The notes under the pieces: model-generated
The model's input: only the letters and a program-made list of their open reading frames with translations
Told to the model about the DNA's origin: nothing
The model's database searches: none
Assembly (NCBI GenBank): GCA_045639085.1
Contig: JAZUCM010000102.1
Location: 3,178-67,177 of the forward strand
Direction: 5' to 3'
Length of the DNA stretch: 64,000 nt
Origin: Candidatus Gastranaerophilus bacterium
Lineage (GTDB): Bacteria; Cyanobacteriota; Vampirovibrionia; Gastranaerophilales; Gastranaerophilaceae
Part shown: piece after piece, positions 48,838 to 58,061 of the stretch
How the letters are laid out: each line of letters starts with the position of its first letter
Position numbering within the stretch: position 1 is the first letter of the stretch
Position numbers and translations under genes: made by a program

Positions 48838-49322
48838 GAAGAATAATTTTACACTGGACTGCCGGAAAATATGAGCCGAATGAATGCGATTTAGAACATT
48901 ATCATTATTTGGTTGATGGTTGTGGGCACGTTCACAAGGGTAAATTTTGCGTTGCGGATAACGTTGTTTGCCGTGCGGGTAAATATGCTGCTCACACTGG
49001 CGGCGGAAATACCGGGTCAATTGGTGTTGCAATGTGCGCAATGTTTGGGTTTAAAAATAAAATAGCTGTCGGAGATTATCCGATTATGCCTATTCAATTT
49101 GAACGAACAATGAAACTTTGTGCTGAACTTTTGAAAAAATATAATCTTCAACTTGGAAACGGTACTGTTCTTACACATTATGAGTTTGGGCAAGCTCATC
49201 CAAGGACGTCCAGTTACGGAAAAATTGATGTTACTTATCTGCCGCCATATCCTAGTGTCAGGGCTGAGGATGTTGGGGCTTTTATTAGGTCAAAAGTTCG
49301 TTGGTATCTTGAACGGTTATAG
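48834..49322 (+). CDS. N-acetylmuramoyl-L-alanine amidase-like lysis enzyme (amidase_2/T7-lysozyme-like)
   Basis: IILHWTAG..., HYHYLVDGCGHVHKG and AAHTGGGNTGSIGVAMC resemble amidase_2/PGRP blocks. I could not identify the third zinc ligand. The start overlaps the LuxR stop (ATGA). Confidence 0.6.
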   Translation: MRRIILHWTAGKYEPNECDLEHYHYLVDGCGHVHKGKFCVADNVVCRAGKYAAHTGGGNTGSIGVAMCAMFGFKNKIAVGDYPIMPIQFERTMKLCAELLKKYNLQLGNGTVLTHYEFGQAHPRTSSYGKIDVTYLPPYPSVRAEDVGAFIRSKVRWYLERL

Positions 49323-49347
49323 TGGAAATATTACCTAGGGAGGAAAA

Positions 49348-50871
49348 ATGGAAGTATCTTATTACAATTTATCAGGCGGAATTAATCTGAGCCTGACAAA
49401 AACTGAATTGGGACTTGATACAAAAAGAATGTATTGGGCTGATTCAAAAAACATTGAGTTATTGAAGCATAACGGTATCAAAAAGCAGCGCGGTAACGCT
49501 ATTTATTGTGAATTACCCGAAAAAGAAGAAATCACCGGGCTGCACCAATTTACTCATGAGAATGAGTACAAACTTGTTATAACTACAATTAGCGGAAAAA
49601 TTTACGTTTATGATGTTTCTAACAAGAGTTTTTCGACGGTTAACTTGGTTTTGTCAGGCAAAAAGCCTCAATTTAAAAACTTTTTAAACGGTTTTTTGTT
49701 GATGAGTGAAAATGACAAAATGCGTTATATTAAAAATGACGCAAATTATACTGTTGTTGATTGTAACTTAAAGACGCTTGCCGGTGTTGATTTAACCGGT
49801 GGAATTATTACGACTTACCGTGGTAGGGTTTGGGTTGCGAAAGGCTCAGCAATTTATTATTCTGCGTTGGGAACTTATGATAATTTTACAGAAGAAAATG
49901 ATGCCGGATATATCAATGATTTTCATACGAACACTGATACAATAACAGGTATTGCCGAATATAAAGATTATTTGGCAATTTATAAGAAAAATCAGGTTTA
50001 TTTGTTGAGTGGAAGCTCGCCGGATGATTTTGCTATTCAATTATTTGCGGATAAAGGAACTAAGGCCCAGCGTTCATTGGTGAATGTTGACAATCGACAG
50101 TTTTTCTTGTCTTCCGGTGGGATTTTTTCGCTTGAAGAGGCTGGAGTTCTTTTGCAAATTCATGTAGGTTCTGAAATTTCAACCAAAATTAAGCCGGAAT
50201 TTGATGAGTTTGATGAAAATCGTTTGGCGCAAAGTATTTGTTTGCATTACGAAAAACGAAATCAGATGTGGTATTTTCTCCCGTATGCGGATGAACCTTA
50301 TTTTAAAACCATTTGGATTAACGATTATGTTTTAAAACTTTGGTATAAGCGAGTTGTTCCGCAAAATATATTAGGGGCGTGCGTTTTTAAAGGAGATATT
50401 TTGACCTTTGACGATGATGGAAATATTTATATCGAGGATTTTGGCAATGATTTTTGCGGGAAACCTGTTGATTTTATGTGGAAATCTCCGTTTTTGGCGT
50501 TAAAAGATGCCCATCATCGCAAGCTTATTGATGAATTTTATTTTGTACTTGATTGTGAGTATGATAATAATTTTAATTTTTCTGTTTATAAAAATTTTGA
50601 TGATGGTTATCCTGACGACAAAGAAGTTGTTCACAATATTAACTATGAACATCTTTTATGGGCAGATGAGGCTTCGCCTGATTATCTTCCGTGTAAATGG
50701 GGAGAGGATGATTTCCGGGTGCCGATTTGGTCTGTAAACTCAGAAACGCTTGAAAAAGTTGAGATTTCTGAGAGTAATTATGCCGTTCAAATTTGCATTG
50801 AGGGCAACGAACTTGTTCATAATTGCGGGATTATCGGTTTGCAATTCCGCGAAATATTTAACGATGATTAA
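49348..50871 (+). CDS. Phage virion structural protein candidate (507 aa; possibly tail tube/nozzle-like)
   Basis: GGAGG SD. N-terminus YYNLSGGINLSLTKTELGLD... and repeated beta-strand-rich blocks. The call rests on context between the lysis enzyme and the capsid gene and is otherwise unsupported. Confidence 0.4.
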   Translation: MEVSYYNLSGGINLSLTKTELGLDTKRMYWADSKNIELLKHNGIKKQRGNAIYCELPEKEEITGLHQFTHENEYKLVITTISGKIYVYDVSNKSFSTVNLVLSGKKPQFKNFLNGFLLMSENDKMRYIKNDANYTVVDCNLKTLAGVDLTGGIITTYRGRVWVAKGSAIYYSALGTYDNFTEENDAGYINDFHTNTDTITGIAEYKDYLAIYKKNQVYLLSGSSPDDFAIQLFADKGTKAQRSLVNVDNRQFFLSSGGIFSLEEAGVLLQIHVGSEISTKIKPEFDEFDENRLAQSICLHYEKRNQMWYFLPYADEPYFKTIWINDYVLKLWYKRVVPQNILGACVFKGDILTFDDDGNIYIEDFGNDFCGKPVDFMWKSPFLALKDAHHRKLIDEFYFVLDCEYDNNFNFSVYKNFDDGYPDDKEVVHNINYEHLLWADEASPDYLPCKWGEDDFRVPIWSVNSETLEKVEISESNYAVQICIEGNELVHNCGIIGLQFREIFNDD

Positions 50872-50932
50872 TTATTTTGACCCACTCATTTTATGTTACA
50901 TACACTAGTTTAAAACGAAAGGAAAAGTGAAA

Positions 50933-51787
50933 ATGTCTACAAACACAAATTCTTACTCAGCTTTTATTCCTGAAATTTGGAGTAAAAAATTGTCAACAAT
51001 GTTGGAGAAAAAGTGTGTGATGCTCCAATGTGTCAACAAAAATTATGAGGGTGAAATCTCAGCGCAAGGTGACAAAGTTAAAATTATTACGCCTGCTCAA
51101 GTTGCGATTTCAACTCTTGGCTCTTCTGCGATTACTTACGACGAACTTGAACCTACTTCTCAAGAGCTTGTCATTGACCAGAAAAAATTCTTTGCGTTCA
51201 AAATTAATGATGTTGCGCAAGTTCAGGCAAATTCTAACATTATGGAGGCACATTTAGAAAACGCAAGAAGAGCTATTGAACAAGTTCAAGACGCTTATTT
51301 GCTTTCTCAACATACTTATGTAGCCGAAAACAATACTGTCGGTACGGAAGAAGCACCTATTTCATTGGATAAGACGACTATTTACAAACATTTCGTTGAT
51401 TTGGCTATGAAGTTGAAAAATTCAGACGCGGTTGGAAATGGTCAACGCCCTTGGGTTGTTATCAATCCGCTTGTTGAATCTTTCTTGCTTCAAAGTACAG
51501 AATTTATCGGCGCGCACAATGTTGCTGATGAAACGCTCAGAGAAGGTGCTATCGGTAGAATTGCCGGCATGGATGTTTTGGTTACAACAAATTTGACCGA
51601 CGTTGATGGCAAATTGTACGTGCTTGCAGGTACTAACGAAGCGATTACTTTCGCGTCTCAACTCGCTAAAATTGAAACTTTACGTGATAAAGATTCTTTC
51701 TCTGATTTAGTTAGAGGCCTATATCTTTATGGTGCGAAAACTGTTCAACCGGCTGCGTTGGCTAAAATGGTCGTTACTGCTGCGTAG
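50933..51787 (+). CDS. Major capsid protein candidate
   Basis: N-terminus STNTNSYSAFIPEIWSKKLSTMLEKKCVMLQCVNKNYEGEISAQGDKVKII resembles N-termini of HK97-fold/P22-coat-like capsid proteins as I recall them. Size (~284 aa) and position fit. Confidence 0.55.
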   Translation: MSTNTNSYSAFIPEIWSKKLSTMLEKKCVMLQCVNKNYEGEISAQGDKVKIITPAQVAISTLGSSAITYDELEPTSQELVIDQKKFFAFKINDVAQVQANSNIMEAHLENARRAIEQVQDAYLLSQHTYVAENNTVGTEEAPISLDKTTIYKHFVDLAMKLKNSDAVGNGQRPWVVINPLVESFLLQSTEFIGAHNVADETLREGAIGRIAGMDVLVTTNLTDVDGKLYVLAGTNEAITFASQLAKIETLRDKDSFSDLVRGLYLYGAKTVQPAALAKMVVTAA

Positions 51788-51807
51788 TGCTGATTAAGGA
51801 GAACAAA

Positions 51808-52053
51808 ATGCTCGAAAGTTTTAAAAATAAGATTTTGGAATTGGCCAAGCAGGCTGTTCATTCCGTTGAAAATGAATTGAGTGGCGAAACGGGTAAAACC
51901 AAAAAGATTGCGGCGATTAAATATGTGATTTCTCGTTTGCCCGGGCCAAAATCATTGAAATATTTACTGGGTTTTGTTCTGTCGGTTTTTATTGACAGTG
52001 CTGTTGAAATTGCGGTTTTTTACATGAATAACCGCGTAGTAGTTGAGGAATAA
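51808..52053 (+). CDS. Small hypothetical phage protein (81 aa)
   Basis: AAGGAGA SD. GETGKTKKIAAIKYVISRL...IDSAVEIAVFYMNN loosely resembles the C-terminal part of LL-H-type phage holin family proteins. This is a weak recollection. Confidence 0.4.
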   Translation: MLESFKNKILELAKQAVHSVENELSGETGKTKKIAAIKYVISRLPGPKSLKYLLGFVLSVFIDSAVEIAVFYMNNRVVVEE

Positions 52054-52056
52054 CAA

Positions 52057-52734
52057 ATGAACGAACAAGATAAAATTTTACAAACAAGAGATTTGTCAGA
52101 TGCCGTGACTCAAAGTGCTGCTGAATTGTCTTCAGGTGAGAAAACTCCAAAGGCTGACTTGTCAAAAACACAATCAGAAGTGGAAAATCTTGTGAACAAT
52201 GACCTCGGTGTCATTCGTTCCTTGATGGGAATGGGCGTTGTAACTCGTGAACAAGGACATAATTTAATGAAACAAGTTATACAAAATGCGTACACGAATG
52301 TTACTACTAAACAACACGAAGTTCAACTTTCTTCCCCCGCGACCGAATCTGTGTCGAAGAAAGATGCTTTCTTGGAGTTTACAACTTCTAACCCGAATTT
52401 CTTTAACAGATCAGGGCGTGAAGATGTTTTGTCTTACTTAAAGAATTCTAATGTGGACTTTGACAAAGATGAACTCTTGCAAATATCTAAACTCATTGAG
52501 GCTGTTGAGCAAAATGCAGTTGACAGATATTTGAAACAAATTGAGTATGGTAAAGCATTAAATGACGAAAACGCGATCGCTAAGCAAAGACTTTCCGCAA
52601 ATGCGCAAGTGTCTTCTGCGGCTGAAAACAATGGGGCTTTTACACGTGCTCAAATCGGCAAAATGAGTGGGGATGAATTTACCAGAAATGAAGCGGCTAT
52701 TATGGAGCAACTTCGTAAAGGCTTAATCAGATAG
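52057..52734 (+). CDS. Scaffold-like acidic/helical phage protein candidate
   Basis: 225 aa, charged and helical, adjacent to the capsid gene. The C-terminus MSGDEFTRNEAAIMEQLRKGLI resembles scaffold C-termini. Confidence 0.35.
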   Translation: MNEQDKILQTRDLSDAVTQSAAELSSGEKTPKADLSKTQSEVENLVNNDLGVIRSLMGMGVVTREQGHNLMKQVIQNAYTNVTTKQHEVQLSSPATESVSKKDAFLEFTTSNPNFFNRSGREDVLSYLKNSNVDFDKDELLQISKLIEAVEQNAVDRYLKQIEYGKALNDENAIAKQRLSANAQVSSAAENNGAFTRAQIGKMSGDEFTRNEAAIMEQLRKGLIR

Positions 52735-52811
52735 GAAAATCATCGTGTGAGTCGTTGGGGGAATTTCCCCCTTCGGCTTTACAAATTCCCCGCAATAAAA
52801 TAGGAGTGATT

Positions 52812-53456
52812 ATGAATTTTTTAGATATTATCAACAAATGTTTGGTTGAGTTGAATTATAAGCAAGTTAATTCCTTCGCCGAACTTACCAAAAATGAACA
52901 CAAAAAAATAATGAGCATTTTAAATGTTCTAAATGCTGAGATTTGTCAATATGCAAAATGGAATTTCCTTGTTCGCAAGGCCGTTCTTACTCTTCCGGCG
53001 CATACTGCGGAAATAGAAAATTCTATCAACGGCAGAATTTCTCAGGTATTAATTGATTCGCAGAATTTTGAATTTCATCAAGATGCGGGTGAAATTCTCG
53101 CTGGGAAATGCAAAGGTAAAAACCTTTTTACTACGTACGATAGCAAACTTCTTTTCTCCAAAACCTTTGACGTGGATAAGGAAATTGAGATTATTTACTA
53201 TACCTATGACCATGTGATTGATGATACAGGCATGGAAAAGGATATTTGGGAGCATGTTTCTGATGAGTCCTTAATCCCGAAACCTTTTTGCGAGCCGATT
53301 TTAGTCTATGGAACTTGTATGCGTTTAAAAGGAAACCAACAGCACGTACGTTTTAACTACTGGGTTACGATGTACAAAGAGGCGTTGGCAAATATGGTGT
53401 CGCGATGTTCGCTTGATGCGGGTTTTGCACCGGTCGTAAGGCTGAAAAGAAGTTGA
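52812..53456 (+). CDS. Hypothetical phage structural protein (adaptor or tail-tubular-like candidate)
   Basis: Start at MNFLDIINKCLVELNYKQVNSF with an AGGAG SD. The N-terminal pattern is reminiscent of podoviral adaptor/tubular proteins. Low certainty. Confidence 0.35.
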   Translation: MNFLDIINKCLVELNYKQVNSFAELTKNEHKKIMSILNVLNAEICQYAKWNFLVRKAVLTLPAHTAEIENSINGRISQVLIDSQNFEFHQDAGEILAGKCKGKNLFTTYDSKLLFSKTFDVDKEIEIIYYTYDHVIDDTGMEKDIWEHVSDESLIPKPFCEPILVYGTCMRLKGNQQHVRFNYWVTMYKEALANMVSRCSLDAGFAPVVRLKRS

Positions 53457-53639
53457 TTGTTATTGTTTTTACTTTTTTATATCGTAAATTTAAGGACCAT
53501 ATCATATAAATTCGCAAAGAAAAACAGGAAGTTTGTATTCCCCCTGTTAAGATTTACACTAGCCGAAATATAAATAGCATGCTTATTATACTACTTACAT
53601 GCAAAAATATCAAATTATGTAAAGAAATTGAAATAAATT

Positions 53640-54074
53640 ATGACTAAAAATATCACAATTCAACAAAAAAAGTTTATTGAAGAATATATCAAAACCCTTG
53701 ATGGAGAAGCGTCTTGCAGGTATGCAGGCTATAAAGTAACAAATCTTAAAGAATTGGCAAATAAAATGCTATCTGATAAGAAAATCGTTGCTGCTATCAA
53801 ACACGAACTCCTCTCCCGCATCCCTTCCCTTAGGGTCGAAAAAGGCTATATTGTACAAAAACTTTTACAAATTATTGAGTTCTCTCTCGAGGAAGAAGAT
53901 ATTCTCGATAAAGATGGTTCCCTCACCGGTAAGCGCAAGCTACGCGATACTTCGACAGGACTTAAAGCCCTCGAAAATCTCTGTAAGCACCTTGGATTTG
54001 TCGCCGGGCAAGATGATTCCTACAAAGAGGCCAAAATTATTACAATATCTAATCTCGATGAAAATAAATTATAA
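53640..54074 (+). CDS. Terminase small subunit
   Basis: ITIQQKKFIEEYIKTLDGEASCRYAGYK matches the Terminase_2-type N-terminal HTH pattern (LTxKQxxFxxEYxxxxNxxxAxxxAGYS). Confidence 0.7.
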   Translation: MTKNITIQQKKFIEEYIKTLDGEASCRYAGYKVTNLKELANKMLSDKKIVAAIKHELLSRIPSLRVEKGYIVQKLLQIIEFSLEEEDILDKDGSLTGKRKLRDTSTGLKALENLCKHLGFVAGQDDSYKEAKIITISNLDENKL

Positions 54075-54086
54075 GGAAAGGTTCAA

Positions 54087-54446
54087 ATGAAAGATATTAA
54101 CAATTCAGACATGGAAAAAATGCTTTTAACTGGTAAGTCGCTTGATGAACTTATTCAGATGAAAATTCAAGAAGACTACACTTCCATCCGTAATATTCCG
54201 CCTAAAAAAATACAAAAAATCGAAGACATTTCAAAACTCTCTAAAGAAATTATTTTTTCTAAATCGAGTGTCTTTAAGGTGTTTAATAAAAGCACAAGAA
54301 TGGAAAGTTTTATTAACGGAGTGCAAGCAGAAGCGTTGCTTGGGTTGCAAGATAACCTCAGAGATTCTCTTATCTCAGGTAAAATTCGTGCTTTCGTCTC
54401 TGGTGATTCGTATGTGGAATTTATGTATGCAAAAACAGCAGTTTAG
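54087..54446 (+). CDS. Hypothetical protein (119 aa)
   Basis: An ORF with an AAGGAAAGG SD. Its 3' end overlaps the GNAT ORF by 20 nt. I recognise no motif. Confidence 0.45.
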   Translation: MKDINNSDMEKMLLTGKSLDELIQMKIQEDYTSIRNIPPKKIQKIEDISKLSKEIIFSKSSVFKVFNKSTRMESFINGVQAEALLGLQDNLRDSLISGKIRAFVSGDSYVEFMYAKTAV

Positions 54447-54984
54447 GTTTGAAAGGCTTATAATTAAGCCGACTTGCGGTGTTTTTGAAAATGTAAAGTA
54501 TTTCCCGCAAGTTTTACATCTATATAAAAAGTACTTGAGAAACCTGGAAGATGATTTTTCTTCTTTTTACAAATTCACGTATGCCAGTCTATTCAGATTT
54601 ATCGAAAAAACTTCTCCGCATTTCTATCTGGTGCTGCTTGATGATGAAGTTTGTGGTTTTTTCTGTTTAGAAAATATTATCGGGACAAACTCTCATTTAC
54701 ACTCGGCTGAAGTCGTAACGTGTTTTGCACAAAAATATTGGGGAACTTTTACCAAGTACGCAGGCAAGATTTTTAGGGATTTTTGTTTTGAAGTACTGGG
54801 CATTTATAAATTAAAAGCCCTCATTTATCCGCAAAATTTTAGGGTTAAAGCGATATTGAAGGCTTGTGATTTTGATAAAGAAGCACATCTTAAAGGTGAA
54901 ACATTAAAAAATGGTGTCCGGCAAGATATAGAAATATATTCTGTTTATAATCCCGGGCCGAACAAGGAGGAAATATGCAATTAG
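54427..54984 (+). CDS. GNAT family N-acetyltransferase (RimJ/RimL-like)
   Basis: From MQKQQFRFERLIIKP... The blocks FYLVLLDDEVCGFFCLENI, QKYWGTFTKYAGKIFRDFCFEVLGIYKLKALIYPQNFRVKAILKACDFDKEAHLK fit the Acetyltransf_3 pattern. I reject the upstream part of ORF 54268 as an out-of-gene extension. Confidence 0.55.
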   Translation: MQKQQFRFERLIIKPTCGVFENVKYFPQVLHLYKKYLRNLEDDFSSFYKFTYASLFRFIEKTSPHFYLVLLDDEVCGFFCLENIIGTNSHLHSAEVVTCFAQKYWGTFTKYAGKIFRDFCFEVLGIYKLKALIYPQNFRVKAILKACDFDKEAHLKGETLKNGVRQDIEIYSVYNPGPNKEEICN

Positions 54985-56627
54985 AAACAGAAGATTTAAC
55001 CATTCAACTTGATGAGCTACAAGAAAGCTATCTTGTGGATAGAATAACCAGAAAATTTGATAATTATGAAGGTGGAAGAAGTTCGCAATTGGCGGATTTA
55101 GCCTCTGTCAGGAATGCGATATATGATGCAAAAGCTCCGTTGCGTGGAGCTTGGAACTCTAAAATAGAACTTCCCAATATTTACGAACTTGCTCAGACTC
55201 TTAAAGCTCATATTACTCAAAATATTTATTCGCATCCTGAGACAATGTTTGATGTCGCAGGTTGTGATGAACTATCTCAAGGGTTTGCGAATAAACAAAA
55301 GGCTATGCTTGTTAAAACTTTTGAGGAAATGGGGTTTGAAAATGAACTTGAAAAAATCGTTGATGGTATTATCGAAGCCGGTGAAGCAACGCTTTTTGTC
55401 GGTTGGAATACCAAGATTAAGCGCACTCGCAGACCTCAAACGTTTGAGGAAAAACTTTTAAACAACAACAATAAGCCTTTTGTTCTTGAAGAGAAAGTTG
55501 TCTATGACAATGCAAAAGTGCGTTTCATTAGGCCCGAAGATTTTGTGTTCGACAAATTTGATGCTGAGAATTGGGATAGTTGTTCCAAAATTTGTCGCTC
55601 ATTTAAGACAATTGATGAAATTAAATCTGATAAATTAAATAATTATTTGAATGATTCGAAACTGGAAGACTTGAAAGGGGTGGTGGCAAAAAATAGTAAA
55701 CGTTCAGCGTCATTTGATAACAATAAATTGGAAGTATTTGAGTTCTTGGGAGATATTGAACTTGCTGACGGCACGTTATTGAAAAATTGGTTTATAACAG
55801 TTGCCGGCAGAAAACATATTATTCGTTTCGAGAATAATCCTTTTGTAATAAATCCGTTTATTCACGCCAATATTATTGAAAATCCGATGACAGGACGTGG
55901 AATTTCGCCGATAAGGGTTGCGCTCACGTTGAATGATATTTCATCAGAAATTTTGAATAAGCAACTGGATGCGCTTGCACTTACGATGAATCCGCCTTAT
56001 CTTGCGCCGAAAGGCTGTTTTTACGGCAAACAAGAGATTACTCCGGGTAAAATTATCGAGTATGATGCTGCTCTTATGCCAACATCGCCGACTCCGTTAA
56101 GTTTTGATAAAGCCATGGTTGGTTGGGATTTCTTGAATTATTTTAAAACTACAATCGAAAGTGCAACGGGTGTTTTCAAAAATATGTCAGGGAATATTCA
56201 AGAAACTGCGCGTACTGCAACAGAATTAAATTACAGCGCAAGCGGCCAGGAATCCCGTTTAAATATGATATTAGAAACAATCAATCGTAAAATTATCATC
56301 CCGGTTGTTGAGAAAACAGCGGATATAATTGCCAATTTCAAACTGGGAGCTGAAACGATTTCGGTTTGTGAAGGCGGAAAGGTTTGTTTCTTAGAGATTG
56401 ATGATGAAATCAGAAATGCAAATTACATTTATCGTTACGGGGATAGAAAAGCGATTTTTGAACGTAAATCAAGGTTTAAGGAATTATTCGAAGTTGTTCA
56501 AGCTTTTGCGCAGGTTGATGTGATTGCACAAAATATTAATTGGCTGGAATGTTTCAAATTTGCGCTCGAACAGTACGGAATTGAAAATGTAAATAACTTT
56601 TTACTTGAAAAAGAAACTATTTCTTAA
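54975..56627 (+). CDS. Portal protein candidate (550 aa)
   Basis: Size, acidic N-terminus and position immediately upstream of TerL. AGGAGG SD. The start overlaps the end of the GNAT ORF by 10 nt. Confidence 0.5.
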   Translation: MQLETEDLTIQLDELQESYLVDRITRKFDNYEGGRSSQLADLASVRNAIYDAKAPLRGAWNSKIELPNIYELAQTLKAHITQNIYSHPETMFDVAGCDELSQGFANKQKAMLVKTFEEMGFENELEKIVDGIIEAGEATLFVGWNTKIKRTRRPQTFEEKLLNNNNKPFVLEEKVVYDNAKVRFIRPEDFVFDKFDAENWDSCSKICRSFKTIDEIKSDKLNNYLNDSKLEDLKGVVAKNSKRSASFDNNKLEVFEFLGDIELADGTLLKNWFITVAGRKHIIRFENNPFVINPFIHANIIENPMTGRGISPIRVALTLNDISSEILNKQLDALALTMNPPYLAPKGCFYGKQEITPGKIIEYDAALMPTSPTPLSFDKAMVGWDFLNYFKTTIESATGVFKNMSGNIQETARTATELNYSASGQESRLNMILETINRKIIIPVVEKTADIIANFKLGAETISVCEGGKVCFLEIDDEIRNANYIYRYGDRKAIFERKSRFKELFEVVQAFAQVDVIAQNINWLECFKFALEQYGIENVNNFLLEKETIS

Positions 56628-56733
56628 TCATTTTTTGCCGCGTGTTTAAATCTCGTCTTTATACCCTATACTCTAACTCCTTTCTTACATTTACCCCTCA
56701 CGCGGCTTTTTTTATTATTTGCAGGAGAAATTT

Positions 56734-58023
56734 ATGGAATATAATTTGTTAAAATCGCAGCGGGAGTTTTTGGAAATTCCTCACAATTATAGTCTTGATG
56801 TTGCTGTATATCAAGGTGGATATGGTTCAGGTAAAACTTTTGCAGGGTCATTGTTGGGGATTTTGTTAGCGCTTAAATTTCCCGGAATTCGTGGGCTTGT
56901 AGGAGCGCAAACTTATACCCTAGTAAGGGACACGACGCTTCATACATATTTTGAACATTTTGAGAATATGGGTTTTGTCGAAGGTAAGGACTATGAGTGG
57001 TCGTCTTCGTTGCAAAAAATAATCTTTCCGAATACTTCTGAAATTCTATTTCGTCATTTTGAGGAACCGAATAAGTTAAAATCCTTGAATCTTGGCTTTG
57101 TAGAGATTGAGGAGATGTCGGATATTCCTTATGATACCTTTAAAATGTTGTTAAGCCGTATGCGGCAAAAAATCCGCAAATCTTGGAAAAATTTCAAGTA
57201 CCGTATTTTCGGGCATACCAATCCAGAGATGCAACGTGGTTGGGTTTATAAGACTTTTGTTGAAAACCCAAGCGAAAATTATCGTTTGATTTGTGCTCCG
57301 ACAACCCAAAATATTTATTTGCCTGAGGGTTACTGTGAGGAACTCAAAAAGCTTTATGATGAAAATTATTATAATATTTTTGTGTTGGCGCAAAACGGTG
57401 AGTACAGCAAAGGGCTTGTTATAAAAGACTTTACAGACGAAAATATTATGGATATTAAATACCAACCGGAGTTAGATTTGCATATCTCTTGCGATTTTAA
57501 CGTTGATCCAATGGCGTGGGTTTTAGCGCACAAGACGGATGATAAAGTTTTTTATTTTGACGAAATCGTAATGGAAAATACGACTACTCAAAAGGCTTGT
57601 GAGGAATTTTGTCGTCGCTATCCTAATCATAAAGGGCGAATTATTGTTAATGGTGACGCTTCCGGCGACAATAGAAGTTGTACAAGTGAATATACCAACT
57701 ACGTCATCATCAAAAAAACTTTACTCAAACACGGTTATGACCTTGAAATAAAAATCAAACCTTATAATCCGCCTATAAAAAACAGGATTATGGCGTTTAA
57801 TGCAAAAGTTCGTTCTGCGGACGGTGAAGTTTGTCTTTTTGTTGACAAAAAATGTGAAAAACTTCTCTATAATATCTATAATTTACGTTATAAAGAAGGT
57901 TCGTCGAAGATAGATGTTCCGACGTATCAACAGATTAAACAAACGCACGAGTTAAAGTTTTTGTCTCACCCGATTGACGCTGCATCGTATTTAGTAGATT
58001 TTTATTGGCCGATAGTGTTATAG
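56734..58023 (+). CDS. Terminase large subunit
   Basis: Walker A QGGYGSGKTFAG. Walker B-like LGFVEIEEMSD. Nuclease-domain acidic motifs ISCDFNVDP, IVNGDASGD and HPIDAASYLV. AGGAG SD before ATG at 56734. Confidence 0.8.
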   Translation: MEYNLLKSQREFLEIPHNYSLDVAVYQGGYGSGKTFAGSLLGILLALKFPGIRGLVGAQTYTLVRDTTLHTYFEHFENMGFVEGKDYEWSSSLQKIIFPNTSEILFRHFEEPNKLKSLNLGFVEIEEMSDIPYDTFKMLLSRMRQKIRKSWKNFKYRIFGHTNPEMQRGWVYKTFVENPSENYRLICAPTTQNIYLPEGYCEELKKLYDENYYNIFVLAQNGEYSKGLVIKDFTDENIMDIKYQPELDLHISCDFNVDPMAWVLAHKTDDKVFYFDEIVMENTTTQKACEEFCRRYPNHKGRIIVNGDASGDNRSCTSEYTNYVIIKKTLLKHGYDLEIKIKPYNPPIKNRIMAFNAKVRSADGEVCLFVDKKCEKLLYNIYNLRYKEGSSKIDVPTYQQIKQTHELKFLSHPIDAASYLVDFYWPIVL

Positions 58024-58061
58024 GATGTTAGGGCGATAAGTTCATTAAGAAAGAGGTTTTC

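Noticed and set aside
53788-54090. 100-aa alternative-frame ORF inside terS
   Set aside because: It lies wholly within the TerS ORF, which has a recognisable Terminase_2-type N-terminus. No independent evidence supports it.
54268-54426. N-terminal 53 codons of the track ORF 54268-54984
   Set aside because: This part overlaps the 3' half of the 54087-54446 ORF in another frame. GNAT-like similarity begins only after the internal Met at 54427 (MQKQQFRFERLII).
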